Virus record (IMG/VR): IMGVR_UViG_3300049488_000018
Coordinates: 7,279 to 71,278 of that record
Strand: one strand, 5' to 3'
Source: a virus
Taxonomy: Duplodnaviria > Caudoviricetes
DNA: 64,000 nt
Part shown: one piece after another, positions 25,316 through 34,966 of the stretch
Layout: each line of letters begins with the position of its first letter
How positions within the stretch are numbered: position 1 is the first letter of the stretch
Made by a program: the position numbers and the translations under genes
The notes under the pieces: model-generated
The model's input: the letters and a program-made list of their open reading frames with translations, nothing else
What the model was told of the DNA's origin: nothing
Database searches by the model: none

Positions 25316-25344
25316 TTGCCTATTTAATGTTAGGTGACTATACT
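25316..25344 (+). promoter_or_regulatory. Sigma70/sigmaA-type promoter
   Basis: TTGCCT-17 nt-TATACT, 22 nt before the next ATG. Confidence 0.6.
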
Positions 25345-25366
25345 ATTGCCTACTGGAGACACGTTC

Positions 25367-25513
25367 ATGGCCGATAAGAAGTTGATTAAGAAAACTCTGG
25401 ACATTCCAGAGGACATATTTGAGCTTATAATGGACTTTGCCCATAGAGAGAAGCTCTATAAGTTTACCCCTGCTGTACTAATGCTACTTAAGAAAGGACT
25501 AGAGACGGAATAA
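25367..25513 (+). CDS. Putative ribbon-helix-helix DNA-binding protein (48 aa)
   Basis: MADKKLIKKTLDIPEDIFELIMDFAHREKLYKFTPAVLMLLKKGLETE: beta strand (KTLDIP) plus two helices, CopG/Arc-like pattern. Confidence 0.6.
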   Translation: MADKKLIKKTLDIPEDIFELIMDFAHREKLYKFTPAVLMLLKKGLETE

Positions 25514-25908
25514 TGGAAACTATAAGTTGGAATGCAATGGGCGAAGGTGCTTACGAAATCATAGATTACGTTACTATCAATGGATTCGCTTTTAATCTGG
25601 ACCTAATTAAGGGAGTTTCTTTCACTAAAGAAAGAATCGACATATCCTTTAGTGTGAAACATGGCTTTAATAGCTTTCTTGGTCTGTTACATAACATCGC
25701 TAGTAAGGAAGAGATCATTACGGCAAGATGTTCTAATTACCATGGTGGTTATCTGTTAGCTTCTGGCGTGGTTTTGTTTGAAGGTGATACATTATTTACT
25801 GTACCGGATACGATGATTGTATCTTTCCGAGCTACAAATGTTGCACTAGATACCTTTTCTGAGTTTGACGAGAATGTCTATATGACAGAAGTAAAGAAAA
25901 AAGACTAG
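25513..25908 (+). CDS. Hypothetical protein (131 aa)
   Basis: TAATG coupling to the upstream gene. Confidence 0.7.
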   Translation: METISWNAMGEGAYEIIDYVTINGFAFNLDLIKGVSFTKERIDISFSVKHGFNSFLGLLHNIASKEEIITARCSNYHGGYLLASGVVLFEGDTLFTVPDTMIVSFRATNVALDTFSEFDENVYMTEVKKKD

Positions 25909-25946
25909 ATAGCTCTATTCCATGAGACTATCTCTGGGAGGGTCTG

Positions 25947-26321
25947 ATGGAAGAATGTTTCTTCGAGGTTGTGCTCTATGACGCTAAGCACTGGTGGTCT
26001 ATTATTGATATGTTTGATCCTTTGCCTCGTCAGGGGCTTGGAATTAGGTATGACATGGATTATTATGTTGTATGGACGCATGATAAGCTACATAAGGTTA
26101 AAGTTAAGACGCTTTCTGAACGTATTGTTTGGAGTGAAAAGAAACCTATAAGCTGTAAGGGTAACCTGGTTGGCAAGGTATATTTAGATAACTGCCTAAG
26201 ATATGGAGAGAAATTCCATGACGGCAAAGAGTTTCTTAAAAGATTCGTAGGTGTAGTATCGGGAGTTAAGGATGGCAAACGAGATCAAGGACATAGAGGC
26301 GCCGAGTGGTACTTTGGGTGA
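25947..26321 (+). CDS. Hypothetical protein (124 aa)
   Basis: GGAGG RBS. Confidence 0.65.
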   Translation: MEECFFEVVLYDAKHWWSIIDMFDPLPRQGLGIRYDMDYYVVWTHDKLHKVKVKTLSERIVWSEKKPISCKGNLVGKVYLDNCLRYGEKFHDGKEFLKRFVGVVSGVKDGKRDQGHRGAEWYFG

Positions 26322-27048
26322 TGTAATGCTCAGGTTGAATGAGCAAAGCTTGCCTCCTGCTGGATTAGACAGGATTGGGGCTATTTTAGCACTCAAGATG
26401 AACCAATATAATAATATTCCCTTAGATAAAAATGACGTCAGAAGGATCGCTCGCTCCTTTATGGACATTGAAGTTGGGTCTGCTACCAACCTTGTCATGC
26501 GATGTTCTAAGAAGAAGTGTCTTTATAGAAACAGATGCGCCTTATATAAAGCAGACAAAGCTCCTGAGGGTCGCGAATGTCTGCATGAAAACAAGGTATT
26601 GTCACATTCTTTAGGGCAGTACATTACGTCTATGGATATTGATACTGAGAACTATCCTGAGATGGTTATGGTTAACCAGCTCGTAGAATACGAACTTATC
26701 GAGTACAGATGTAATACTATCCTTGCTTATGACCATACAGACTTGAAAATGACTGTTGTAGTTGGTGTTGATGCCGAGGGACAGATAGTTACAAAAGAAG
26801 ATATCTCTTATGCAATTACGCTTAAAGAGAAGATATTTAAGATGAAAATGCAAATTCTAGACTCACTTACCGCTACCAGATCCCAGAAATGGAAGAAGCA
26901 AGCTGCATTAAAGCTTGCATCTGATGGCCCTTCTAAGGTAATATCAGGTATGAAGAGAGAATTGAAAGCTCTTAAAGATAAGACAGTAGAAACACATGAT
27001 GTCCACGAAGAATTAAGCTCACTGAGCGATGAAGACATGGAGATATAA
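26272..27048 (+). CDS. Cys-motif helical protein; candidate terminase small subunit
   Basis: CSKKKC..RC..PEGRECLHE plus a long helical C-terminus; position upstream of TerL. The function is inferred from position only. Confidence 0.45.
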   Translation: MANEIKDIEAPSGTLGDVMLRLNEQSLPPAGLDRIGAILALKMNQYNNIPLDKNDVRRIARSFMDIEVGSATNLVMRCSKKKCLYRNRCALYKADKAPEGRECLHENKVLSHSLGQYITSMDIDTENYPEMVMVNQLVEYELIEYRCNTILAYDHTDLKMTVVVGVDAEGQIVTKEDISYAITLKEKIFKMKMQILDSLTATRSQKWKKQAALKLASDGPSKVISGMKRELKALKDKTVETHDVHEELSSLSDEDMEI

Positions 27049-28115
27049 TGAGATTCACACAAGATGAACTAACTAATATTTGGAACAAATTGGCCGATAA
27101 TATCGCAGTTGACAGACTAGACCCCGAGTATCAGGAAGATGATGAAGTAAGAGATCTAATGGCACAAGATAAGATTACAGAGAATGATATTTACGCATTC
27201 ATGGCAGCATTTGCAGAGTCAGAAGCAGAAGGCAAGATAGCACTAGAAGAAGACCTTGAAGTTGACCCATGGGATGATATCGAAGGCGTAGTTGCTAAAT
27301 ACGATGCAGAGGCAGCTAGAAAGTCTTTAACTGAGCCTAAGATCAAAACTACACGTAAACCAATCTATAAGAGTACAGAAGCAGTAGAGAAGTATCTGCA
27401 TCTATCTGATTTACATATTCCTTTCCAGATTGATGAGATTTCAGAAGTGATTGCTCAATATGCTAACAAAGATTTTAACCTTATTATCAATGGAGACTTC
27501 TTAGATTGTCATGACATCTCAACCTTCCCTAAAAGTAAGGCTGTAGGTCTGAACAATGAAGTTAAGATGGCAGCTGATTTGCTAAGTGATTGGTCTACTA
27601 AGTTCAAGAAAATCTACCTCGTATCTGGTAACCATGAAAAGCGTATGGCATCTTACATCAGAAAGAGAATTTCGCCTGAAGTTGTGCAGCTTGTAGAGGA
27701 TGATATCTTAGCTTATATCGTAAATAGCCTCAAGCTTCCAAATTTGATCTATAACCCAGGTGATACTACTAACTGGTACGTACAGATAGACAATGTAGTT
27801 TGTTGCCATCCTGACGATTATAAGGGCTCTACAACGGGTATGCTTCAAACAGCTACTCATGCTTTAGGATATTTCGAGACTTATAACAAGAATGTTGATG
27901 TTGTTATCCTTGGGCATACCCATCATTTAGGTATAGGCGTGTTTAAGAATAAGGTAGTAGCAGAATCAGGTTGTTTATGCCAGCCTCAAGACTATGCAGC
28001 TTCTGGCAGACTTAATTATAAGCCACAGGCTAACGGATACATTGAATTTACATCCAGAAATGGGAAGGTGAGTTTCAACGATGTTAAACTACGATTTATT
28101 GACGAAAGCGATTAA
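27048..28115 (+). CDS. Calcineurin-like metallophosphoesterase with acidic N-terminal extension
   Basis: SDLH, NGDFLD, GNHE, CHPD and GHTH motifs. Confidence 0.9.
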   Translation: MRFTQDELTNIWNKLADNIAVDRLDPEYQEDDEVRDLMAQDKITENDIYAFMAAFAESEAEGKIALEEDLEVDPWDDIEGVVAKYDAEAARKSLTEPKIKTTRKPIYKSTEAVEKYLHLSDLHIPFQIDEISEVIAQYANKDFNLIINGDFLDCHDISTFPKSKAVGLNNEVKMAADLLSDWSTKFKKIYLVSGNHEKRMASYIRKRISPEVVQLVEDDILAYIVNSLKLPNLIYNPGDTTNWYVQIDNVVCCHPDDYKGSTTGMLQTATHALGYFETYNKNVDVVILGHTHHLGIGVFKNKVVAESGCLCQPQDYAASGRLNYKPQANGYIEFTSRNGKVSFNDVKLRFIDESD

Positions 28116-28326
28116 TAAAGTAGGTAAAGCAAAGCCGCAAGTGAAACCTAAGGTTGATGCGGCCGCCTTTATTGATGAAGTTAGTTCTAACTACAATACA
28201 ATAGATAAGTACTTTATTGCAGACCCCACATCCTTATTGGATAGTGGGGCAGCAATGTTTGATAGCCTTGCACTAGCAGAGCTTGATTACCCTATTTCTG
28301 TCACGGAAATGATCGAGGTACTATAA
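28081..28326 (+). CDS. Hypothetical protein (81 aa)
   Basis: Coupled ORF. Confidence 0.65.
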   Translation: MLNYDLLTKAINKVGKAKPQVKPKVDAAAFIDEVSSNYNTIDKYFIADPTSLLDSGAAMFDSLALAELDYPISVTEMIEVL

Positions 28327-29045
28327 TGTCAGTTTACGAACCAGCCAATTTACACTTAGGTGGCGTCCCTATACAAGGACTAAATAGATTCTTTGTAGGC
28401 ACATCAGGCGTAGGTATGATGACCGGCGCTATGAATGGCACTAGAAACTTCATGCAGGGAGCCTGGGATGACGATCCTAATAAGTTTAAGCAGTTAGGCA
28501 ATGATGCTGGAGACGTTGCGGCAGAAGGCGCTGCTGTTATGGGTGGTCTCGCGTTTATGGGGTCTCATGCCAGATCTATAGGTGCTATGGAAGGTGCGCA
28601 TATCGCAGGCGGAGAGACATACAGAAGAGTGGCTAAAGGTGGCTGGGAAGCCTTAAGTGGCAATCACTCTATACCAGCAGGCAAAATGAAAGACCTTATG
28701 AGCAACAAAGAGGCCTTTAAGGTTAATGTTAAGGGCGGACAGGCGTATAAGGGTGGAATGAAGTCAGTATTCGGAACCTATAAGCCAATGGGCTGGAAAG
28801 GGAACGTAGGCATCATGGCTGCTCAGATGGCCATAGGAATTGGTGCTAAAATGGCACTTGGATTCGCTGGCAAGGTTCTTGATGAGGCATATAGCGAAAG
28901 TAAGCACTTTAGAAAGCCACATTATGACCAGAGATTTTTTAATACACAAAGAGAAGATCAGTCTTCATATCAACAGTTAGGGCAGGCCATGGATAGTTAC
29001 GAGAATAAAATGATGTCTGTGGCGCGTATTTATCACGCCAGATAA
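28326..29045 (+). CDS. Gly/Ala/Met-rich putative virion protein
   Basis: Composition; amphipathic/hydrophobic segments. Confidence 0.65.
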   Translation: MSVYEPANLHLGGVPIQGLNRFFVGTSGVGMMTGAMNGTRNFMQGAWDDDPNKFKQLGNDAGDVAAEGAAVMGGLAFMGSHARSIGAMEGAHIAGGETYRRVAKGGWEALSGNHSIPAGKMKDLMSNKEAFKVNVKGGQAYKGGMKSVFGTYKPMGWKGNVGIMAAQMAIGIGAKMALGFAGKVLDEAYSESKHFRKPHYDQRFFNTQREDQSSYQQLGQAMDSYENKMMSVARIYHAR

Positions 29046-29055
29046 GGAGTAGGTC

Positions 29056-29970
29056 ATGAGTATATCGGTAGCTGGACAAAAGTTACTTAATAAGTCATCT
29101 GGTGTAATTGAAAGAGCCTTAGGTATGAGTGAAGGCGCTGCTCATGGCGATCTTATCTCTGGAGTTAAAAGCGCACTTGGAATTGAGCAGAAGACAAACC
29201 TAACAGTCCCTCACTTAAAGAAGTTCTTAAACGGGGAAATGGGCGCAGGCACTGCAGGCAGAGGAAATTTACCGGCAGTAATACCAGGTAGCAGCGCAGA
29301 AGGATTCGCAGGTACAGGCCCTGGATATATGTCTCCAGTGCGACCAGGAACTATGCCAGCTACTACTCCAAGAACGGTTAGAACTGGTGGAGTAAATGAC
29401 CTAGGAGGAGGCGGAGCACCAATAGCCGATCCATCTCATGCTGGCGGATGGAGCAATGCTTCTAGGAATGCTGATGGAAGTCTTACTAATGCTCCTGCTC
29501 TGATAAACAAGACAAAACCTGTCACTGCCGCAGCACAGAGTGGATGGAAAGGTGGACTTAAATCATTTGGCGAAGGCCTTAATAAACATCTACTCAACGC
29601 TGATGAGGGTGGAACTACCGGAATAGGTCATATCGGCAGATTCATGGGATTCGGAGCAGCTGGTGGACTAGTTGGCGGTGTATCTACAGGTGTAGGATCT
29701 ATTATAGACCCTGAGACAGTACAGTCTAATGGAATACTCAAGCCTATGATGCAAGGTGCCTGGAAAGGCGCTATTGCAGGTGCAGTACATGCAGGCGCGG
29801 GCGGAATGACAAAAGCTGCATCTGCACAAGGCTGGTCCAACGCTGGCAGGTATGCAAAGATGACCACGAGCGTTATGAATCACGCGGGGACTAAAGCAGC
29901 ACTAATGGCTGCTGGAGTTGGTGGTGGCGGAAATATAAGCCTTACAAAACCGGTCAACACAATAAAATAA
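29056..29970 (+). CDS. Gly/Ala-rich putative virion protein
   Basis: Gly-zipper-like segments, e.g. GFGAAGGLVGGVSTGVG. Confidence 0.65.
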   Translation: MSISVAGQKLLNKSSGVIERALGMSEGAAHGDLISGVKSALGIEQKTNLTVPHLKKFLNGEMGAGTAGRGNLPAVIPGSSAEGFAGTGPGYMSPVRPGTMPATTPRTVRTGGVNDLGGGGAPIADPSHAGGWSNASRNADGSLTNAPALINKTKPVTAAAQSGWKGGLKSFGEGLNKHLLNADEGGTTGIGHIGRFMGFGAAGGLVGGVSTGVGSIIDPETVQSNGILKPMMQGAWKGAIAGAVHAGAGGMTKAASAQGWSNAGRYAKMTTSVMNHAGTKAALMAAGVGGGGNISLTKPVNTIK

Positions 29971-29979
29971 GAGGTTTCT

Positions 29980-31791
29980 GTGAACTTTAGATCCAGAAGA
30001 TTTGATAATGATATATGTAAAGCTTGCATTGCCAAGAACACGTCTAAATATGGAACATTCGATATTAAATGTGATGGTATAACAGTTGAAGATGACGTAA
30101 AGTTCGCTATTAAGCAAGGATATACGGAAGAGGATGCCAGATGGGCATTCGATCCAGTATTCTTCTTTGATACCGTATATGGATCACCAGCTAGAACATA
30201 TCAGAAACCACAATTACTTTGTACGGCGAGAAGGATAGTGGGTAGACAGTGCCGCCAGAGCGGTAAGTCGCTTGCTTATATTTACAAGGTTTTGCACTAT
30301 CTGATCACCAATGAGAATAAAACAGTCCTAGTTATCGCTCCTTTTGAGAAACTGCTTAAGAAGCTCTGGGATGAATACGTTTTACGTGACTGCTTACATA
30401 AGAACGAGAAAACTAAGGCATCTATTGTAAGTAAGGCTATGAGCCCTTCTTATAACATCTTATTCGACAATGGTTCGCGTCTGATCATGATGATAGCCGG
30501 CGAGGGTGCTCGTGGGCAGACTGCTGACTGGATCTACATTGATGAAGCTGCAATTATACCACCTGAGACGCTTAACTCTATTGTCTTTACAATAGCTTCT
30601 CGTGGTGATGATGCGGCTATGCTTTTAACCTCGACCCCTAAAGGTCGTGGTAATATGTTCTATAAGGCCTGTAAAGAAGAGTCTACTTATAACGAATACC
30701 ATGTTTCTATCTACGATATACCAGAAATGGCAAATCAGATACCTGAGTTTAAGAAAGTATCAGGAGAGGCAGGATTCGAGCAGGAGTGCGTTGCCGAATT
30801 CCCAGATGGAGCCGGCGGACCATTCAGCTACAAGGGTATCGACTTGGCTAAACAGACTTACCTATATGAGAATTGTTACAAAGAACCTAACTATATTTAC
30901 TTCGGAGGAGTTGACTGGAATGGCCCTGGTGTTGGTACCTATTTCTATATTATTGGCTTCGATCCTAATAGCTCTAATGTCAAGGTGGTCGACAAGTCCG
31001 TAGTCGCATCTAACACATGGAACAGTACGGTAGCTAAGAATGAGTTCATAAGACTCAATCGTAAGTGGGGCCCTAAGCACTGGATGTGTGATGCTGGCTA
31101 TGGTCACTCTATTATGGAAGACTTAAGACTCTACTCTACACAGATTAGACAGAATAACACGCCTGATGCGCAAATTAAGTATGCATTAGAGCCTGTAGCC
31201 TTTGGTGAGTGGATTATGCTTAACGATCCTTTCACTAAGGAAGAGATTAAGAAAACAACTAAGTCATTTGTTGTATCGCAGGTAGCTAGACTGTTCGAAC
31301 CGGCCCCCGATGGGAATGGAGTAAGGATAGCCTACTCGTCCGATGACAATGAGCTTACACAAAGCCTTGAGATGTATAAGCTTCTTAACACCACATCAAA
31401 GGGTGTCGAGCAGTATGGACTTGACAAAAAGGACGGGATAGAAGACCATTGTATAGATGCATTGATGTTAGCAATATACGGCATCGTAAAATACTACGGG
31501 GAACTCTTTAAGCGCATTATATACCAATCAGTAGGATTTAACGCACGTGACGTGTTAACTCCGCCAACTCAGCCTGGTGAAAAAATGCTAGTTGGAAGTA
31601 TTATTTTATTAACAGATAATAGTCCAGAACCAATTTACTTGGATGAGAAGTCTATTTCAAGGTATGACCCTGAAGAGCAAAGAAGCATCGTTGTTTCCAG
31701 AGGCTTTGATGGAAATAACGGTAGGAGATCTGGTACACTGTCTGGTATAATGGCTAGAAGAGGAACAACCGTAAGAAGAAATTTCGACTAG
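29980..31791 (+). CDS. terL: Terminase large subunit
   Basis: Walker A-type CRQSGKS, Walker B YIDEAA, motif C LTSTP, nuclease FGGVDW and C-terminal DHCIDAL. Confidence 0.92.
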   Translation: MNFRSRRFDNDICKACIAKNTSKYGTFDIKCDGITVEDDVKFAIKQGYTEEDARWAFDPVFFFDTVYGSPARTYQKPQLLCTARRIVGRQCRQSGKSLAYIYKVLHYLITNENKTVLVIAPFEKLLKKLWDEYVLRDCLHKNEKTKASIVSKAMSPSYNILFDNGSRLIMMIAGEGARGQTADWIYIDEAAIIPPETLNSIVFTIASRGDDAAMLLTSTPKGRGNMFYKACKEESTYNEYHVSIYDIPEMANQIPEFKKVSGEAGFEQECVAEFPDGAGGPFSYKGIDLAKQTYLYENCYKEPNYIYFGGVDWNGPGVGTYFYIIGFDPNSSNVKVVDKSVVASNTWNSTVAKNEFIRLNRKWGPKHWMCDAGYGHSIMEDLRLYSTQIRQNNTPDAQIKYALEPVAFGEWIMLNDPFTKEEIKKTTKSFVVSQVARLFEPAPDGNGVRIAYSSDDNELTQSLEMYKLLNTTSKGVEQYGLDKKDGIEDHCIDALMLAIYGIVKYYGELFKRIIYQSVGFNARDVLTPPTQPGEKMLVGSIILLTDNSPEPIYLDEKSISRYDPEEQRSIVVSRGFDGNNGRRSGTLSGIMARRGTTVRRNFD

Positions 31792-31801
31792 TGGAGAGAC
31801 T

Positions 31802-32485
31802 ATGCTTAACTTATTTCAAGAATTAGTGCCATTTTCAAACAAGAGACTCGACAAAGCAGTAAGCTCTGATGGCGCTTATTCAAACCCTGTCATCATGTCA
31901 TTTGCATTCGACTTCACTGTGTGCTCTAACATACTGGAAACAGTGCTATATATTAGAAATGATATACAGTCTGACTGTTATTCCAATATAGTTGTGTCTC
32001 TCATGAAAGAGGATAAGGCAATCACTCCGATAGCAAGCAGCGGCTCATTAGAGCATCGCCTATCTGACAATATGCCTATGTTCGTAGTCAATGGCTTCGC
32101 ATTGCCAATTGGGTCCTCTAAGGAAGATCCTCTTGTATTCGCTACTGGAGTTCCACTGCCAGGTAGGTTTATGTCTAATTATGTACCTGTACAGAGCAAT
32201 CTGGACCCAGACACAGGTAATTCTATTGAATCAGACAATAAGCTGTCAGTTAAGTTCTCATATGGCTATGACGAGCTGTCTAATATAGACTGGGCCACTA
32301 AGCATTCTGCCTTATGTATCCCGAACATAGGATATAAGAGTCAGCCAAATACAAACCCATTCGGCACAGCTGATACCTCTTATCACCCTGTTAGAATGAG
32401 AATGACATGGAAGTCGCAATCTACTCTTCTGACTATTCGAGATTACTTTATTGATGTGTCTTATGAAAAGAAAGAGGTAATTTAA
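31802..32485 (+). CDS. Hypothetical virion protein (227 aa)
   Basis: Position in the morphogenesis operon. Confidence 0.7.
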   Translation: MLNLFQELVPFSNKRLDKAVSSDGAYSNPVIMSFAFDFTVCSNILETVLYIRNDIQSDCYSNIVVSLMKEDKAITPIASSGSLEHRLSDNMPMFVVNGFALPIGSSKEDPLVFATGVPLPGRFMSNYVPVQSNLDPDTGNSIESDNKLSVKFSYGYDELSNIDWATKHSALCIPNIGYKSQPNTNPFGTADTSYHPVRMRMTWKSQSTLLTIRDYFIDVSYEKKEVI

Positions 32486-32853
32486 TGTCATTCGATAGAG
32501 TAGACCTTCAATATATCCCAAAAGAGATAGGTATAGAGGAATTCTTAAAAGAAAGCTCTATAGATCTTGCTGTGCTATCTACCAGCGAAGCTATGGACAA
32601 GCTCTTATTGCATGCTAGGGTTATTAAAGAGTGGAGAGATAGAATTGACGCAATTAAATATCTGCAAGACAATGCAGCAAAGCTTGCAGGTAACCCAGTG
32701 TACATATCGGCAGAACAGGATATTTGTCGTGCAGTAGAAGTACTAGGTGGATCTAATGGCACTATTAATTTCAAGATGTTCCAGGAAGCTTGTGATATCG
32801 TTCTAGAGGGATATAAACAGATGGCGCTAGTTGCTATCACTGGAGCCCTGTAA
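32485..32853 (+). CDS. Hypothetical protein (122 aa)
   Basis: TAATG coupling. Confidence 0.7.
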   Translation: MSFDRVDLQYIPKEIGIEEFLKESSIDLAVLSTSEAMDKLLLHARVIKEWRDRIDAIKYLQDNAAKLAGNPVYISAEQDICRAVEVLGGSNGTINFKMFQEACDIVLEGYKQMALVAITGAL

Positions 32854-33278
32854 TGTCATTCGATCTTTATGGCGCAGGCCGCGCAGCCTCTACATTAGTG
32901 TCAGTAGACGGCGTTAACCAATGCATGCTTCCGATGGATGCATCTAAGTCAGTATGGAACACGCAAGTACAAGGTGTCTATAGCCTAGTCTATCCTTATC
33001 TGCATACTAATTATGGTAACAGAGATGAGACGAATATGGCCATTAAGCTTGCATTTAAGATACACGACACAACTAATATGCACTTTGGAGCTTACTCTAC
33101 TCCTGGCAATACAGTAGTAAGCGATATACCTCTTATACCGAGAGAGAAGATATTCTCCACAGGAGCTACGCCATCTAAGGCGCCTAGCCTAGAGGTTCAA
33201 ACCGCAGCCTCAATGGAGTCAGTTAATAGGACTATTTTAGTTAAAGCAGATAGCACAGTTATTTCATACGGAGTTTAA
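32853..33278 (+). CDS. Hypothetical protein (141 aa)
   Basis: TAATG coupling. Confidence 0.7.
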   Translation: MSFDLYGAGRAASTLVSVDGVNQCMLPMDASKSVWNTQVQGVYSLVYPYLHTNYGNRDETNMAIKLAFKIHDTTNMHFGAYSTPGNTVVSDIPLIPREKIFSTGATPSKAPSLEVQTAASMESVNRTILVKADSTVISYGV

Positions 33279-33458
33279 ATGTCAGACAATAAATTTATAT
33301 CTGCTAAGAAGGTAATGGACTTTTACATGAAGAAACTAGAGGGTGAAGAGTCACAAGGCGCGCAATTCGCTCAACAGTGGGCTAACCTTAAGATGATGGA
33401 GTACAGAGCTAACTGCATGCTAGACGTGGCTTATACATTTGACCTCAAGGTGGAATAA
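33279..33458 (+). CDS. Hypothetical protein (59 aa)
   Basis: Hand-translated MSDNKFISAKKVMDFYMKKLEGE...; exactly fills the gap. Confidence 0.6.
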   Translation: MSDNKFISAKKVMDFYMKKLEGEESQGAQFAQQWANLKMMEYRANCMLDVAYTFDLKVE

Positions 33459-34963
33459 TGGCAACTTCAACTGGCATAACAGATTTCTTACAAGATAAGC
33501 CAACATGGAATACTCTGGTAGATAAAATCTACTCTGGTGATACCTCACTCATAAAAATGAACAATGAGGCGTTCGCAGTCCGTGATGGCGAGACAATTAA
33601 CTCCAATACTGTAATAAACCCAACAAACACTAGTGTAAGTGATGCAATAGGTAACTTTAAAGACAGTTCTTTACAATCTTTAGACGGGGCAATAGGGTCT
33701 GGCGTTACTACCATTAAGACTTATATGGCTCCTACCATGCTGGCACTTGAGAGTTTAGATAATATTGGAAGAGAGTTTGATGAACTTATTAAGGGATCAT
33801 TCCTCGACCAGATGTTCCATATTAAAGGAACAGATATATTATGTACTGCATTTTGTATCCTTGTAAGCTTCTTACCATGCGCTACACGCGCCTCGTTATA
33901 TAAGGCCATACAAGATATTAAAGCGGCAGCAAATGCCGTAGCAGACGCTGCCAGAGCTGCTAACGATCTTATACAGACATTCAATGCGACTATGTCCAGT
34001 GCAGAGACTATTGCTCTATCGGCTGAGGGTCTTTTCCAGGGCAATCAGAATCCTGTTCAATCACTATTTGGCACACAGAGAACTGGACAAAATGCTGTAC
34101 ACGCAGGATCTACCATAGTGGCTAGCATATCACAGGTTAAGCAAACCATTGACATGATCTCTAAGCTGCTAAAGGTAGTTGCTGGCGCAAAAATCACTAT
34201 ACCAACAGCAGTTAATGGCAATATATGGAGCTTAGCCAATGCTGTGCTATTCGCACTACAGGGAATGGCAGTAGCGTTTGCTGATAAGGCATTATCTACA
34301 ATTTTCAACCCTATTGAGGAAGCTATACGCAAAATGCAGCCACAGAACTGTATTGGTAATCTAGCAGCTGCCTTCTTCAATAAACTGATAGATGGTATAA
34401 AAAGATTTAAGCAATGGCTATTATTACTCATATCGGAGCTATTTACATCTAATAATAACTGGGGCCTAGTCTGGAAGACTTTTGGGTTCCAGATGAAGAG
34501 TATGTTAGAGCTAATAGCCTTCCTAGATGCACTTAAGCTAATCCTAGTACATTTTGGTGACTTAGCTATTGCATGTGGCGTAGAGTTATGCGATGATAAG
34601 ACAAGTCCAATGATTGATGCAATCAGGGCTGGACAGCTTTTAGACCCCGTAATGAACAATGTGCCCGCAATAAGGATTATTGGTGAAGTGCCAAATTTCC
34701 CTACTGATAATATTGATGAAATAGCTAACGCTTTAGTGCCAATCTTAGGAGTTCCACTTAATAACATATATGTTGGACCAACTCAGATACAAGTTTCTAA
34801 GCCGTTAGTAGTTAATGCTCCTAAGCAAATTAGAGATCTGCTGAACGATCCTGACATAGCACGCGAACTAGGACCTGGGTATAAGCTTTATACTGCGCCT
34901 GATAACAGTAATGCTACTGTTGTCTATTCATTTGATAGAAAATGTGGCATTATTAAGGAGTAA
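33458..34963 (+). CDS. Helical/hydrophobic virion protein (501 aa)
   Basis: Long helical segments with hydrophobic stretches; lies just upstream of the portal. Confidence 0.7.
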   Translation: MATSTGITDFLQDKPTWNTLVDKIYSGDTSLIKMNNEAFAVRDGETINSNTVINPTNTSVSDAIGNFKDSSLQSLDGAIGSGVTTIKTYMAPTMLALESLDNIGREFDELIKGSFLDQMFHIKGTDILCTAFCILVSFLPCATRASLYKAIQDIKAAANAVADAARAANDLIQTFNATMSSAETIALSAEGLFQGNQNPVQSLFGTQRTGQNAVHAGSTIVASISQVKQTIDMISKLLKVVAGAKITIPTAVNGNIWSLANAVLFALQGMAVAFADKALSTIFNPIEEAIRKMQPQNCIGNLAAAFFNKLIDGIKRFKQWLLLLISELFTSNNNWGLVWKTFGFQMKSMLELIAFLDALKLILVHFGDLAIACGVELCDDKTSPMIDAIRAGQLLDPVMNNVPAIRIIGEVPNFPTDNIDEIANALVPILGVPLNNIYVGPTQIQVSKPLVVNAPKQIRDLLNDPDIARELGPGYKLYTAPDNSNATVVYSFDRKCGIIKE

Positions 34964-34966
34964 TGA

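Noticed and set aside
29980-31791. Intein or intron in TerL
   Set aside because: The length (603 aa) is ordinary and there are no intein N-terminal or HN-C/S/T motifs.
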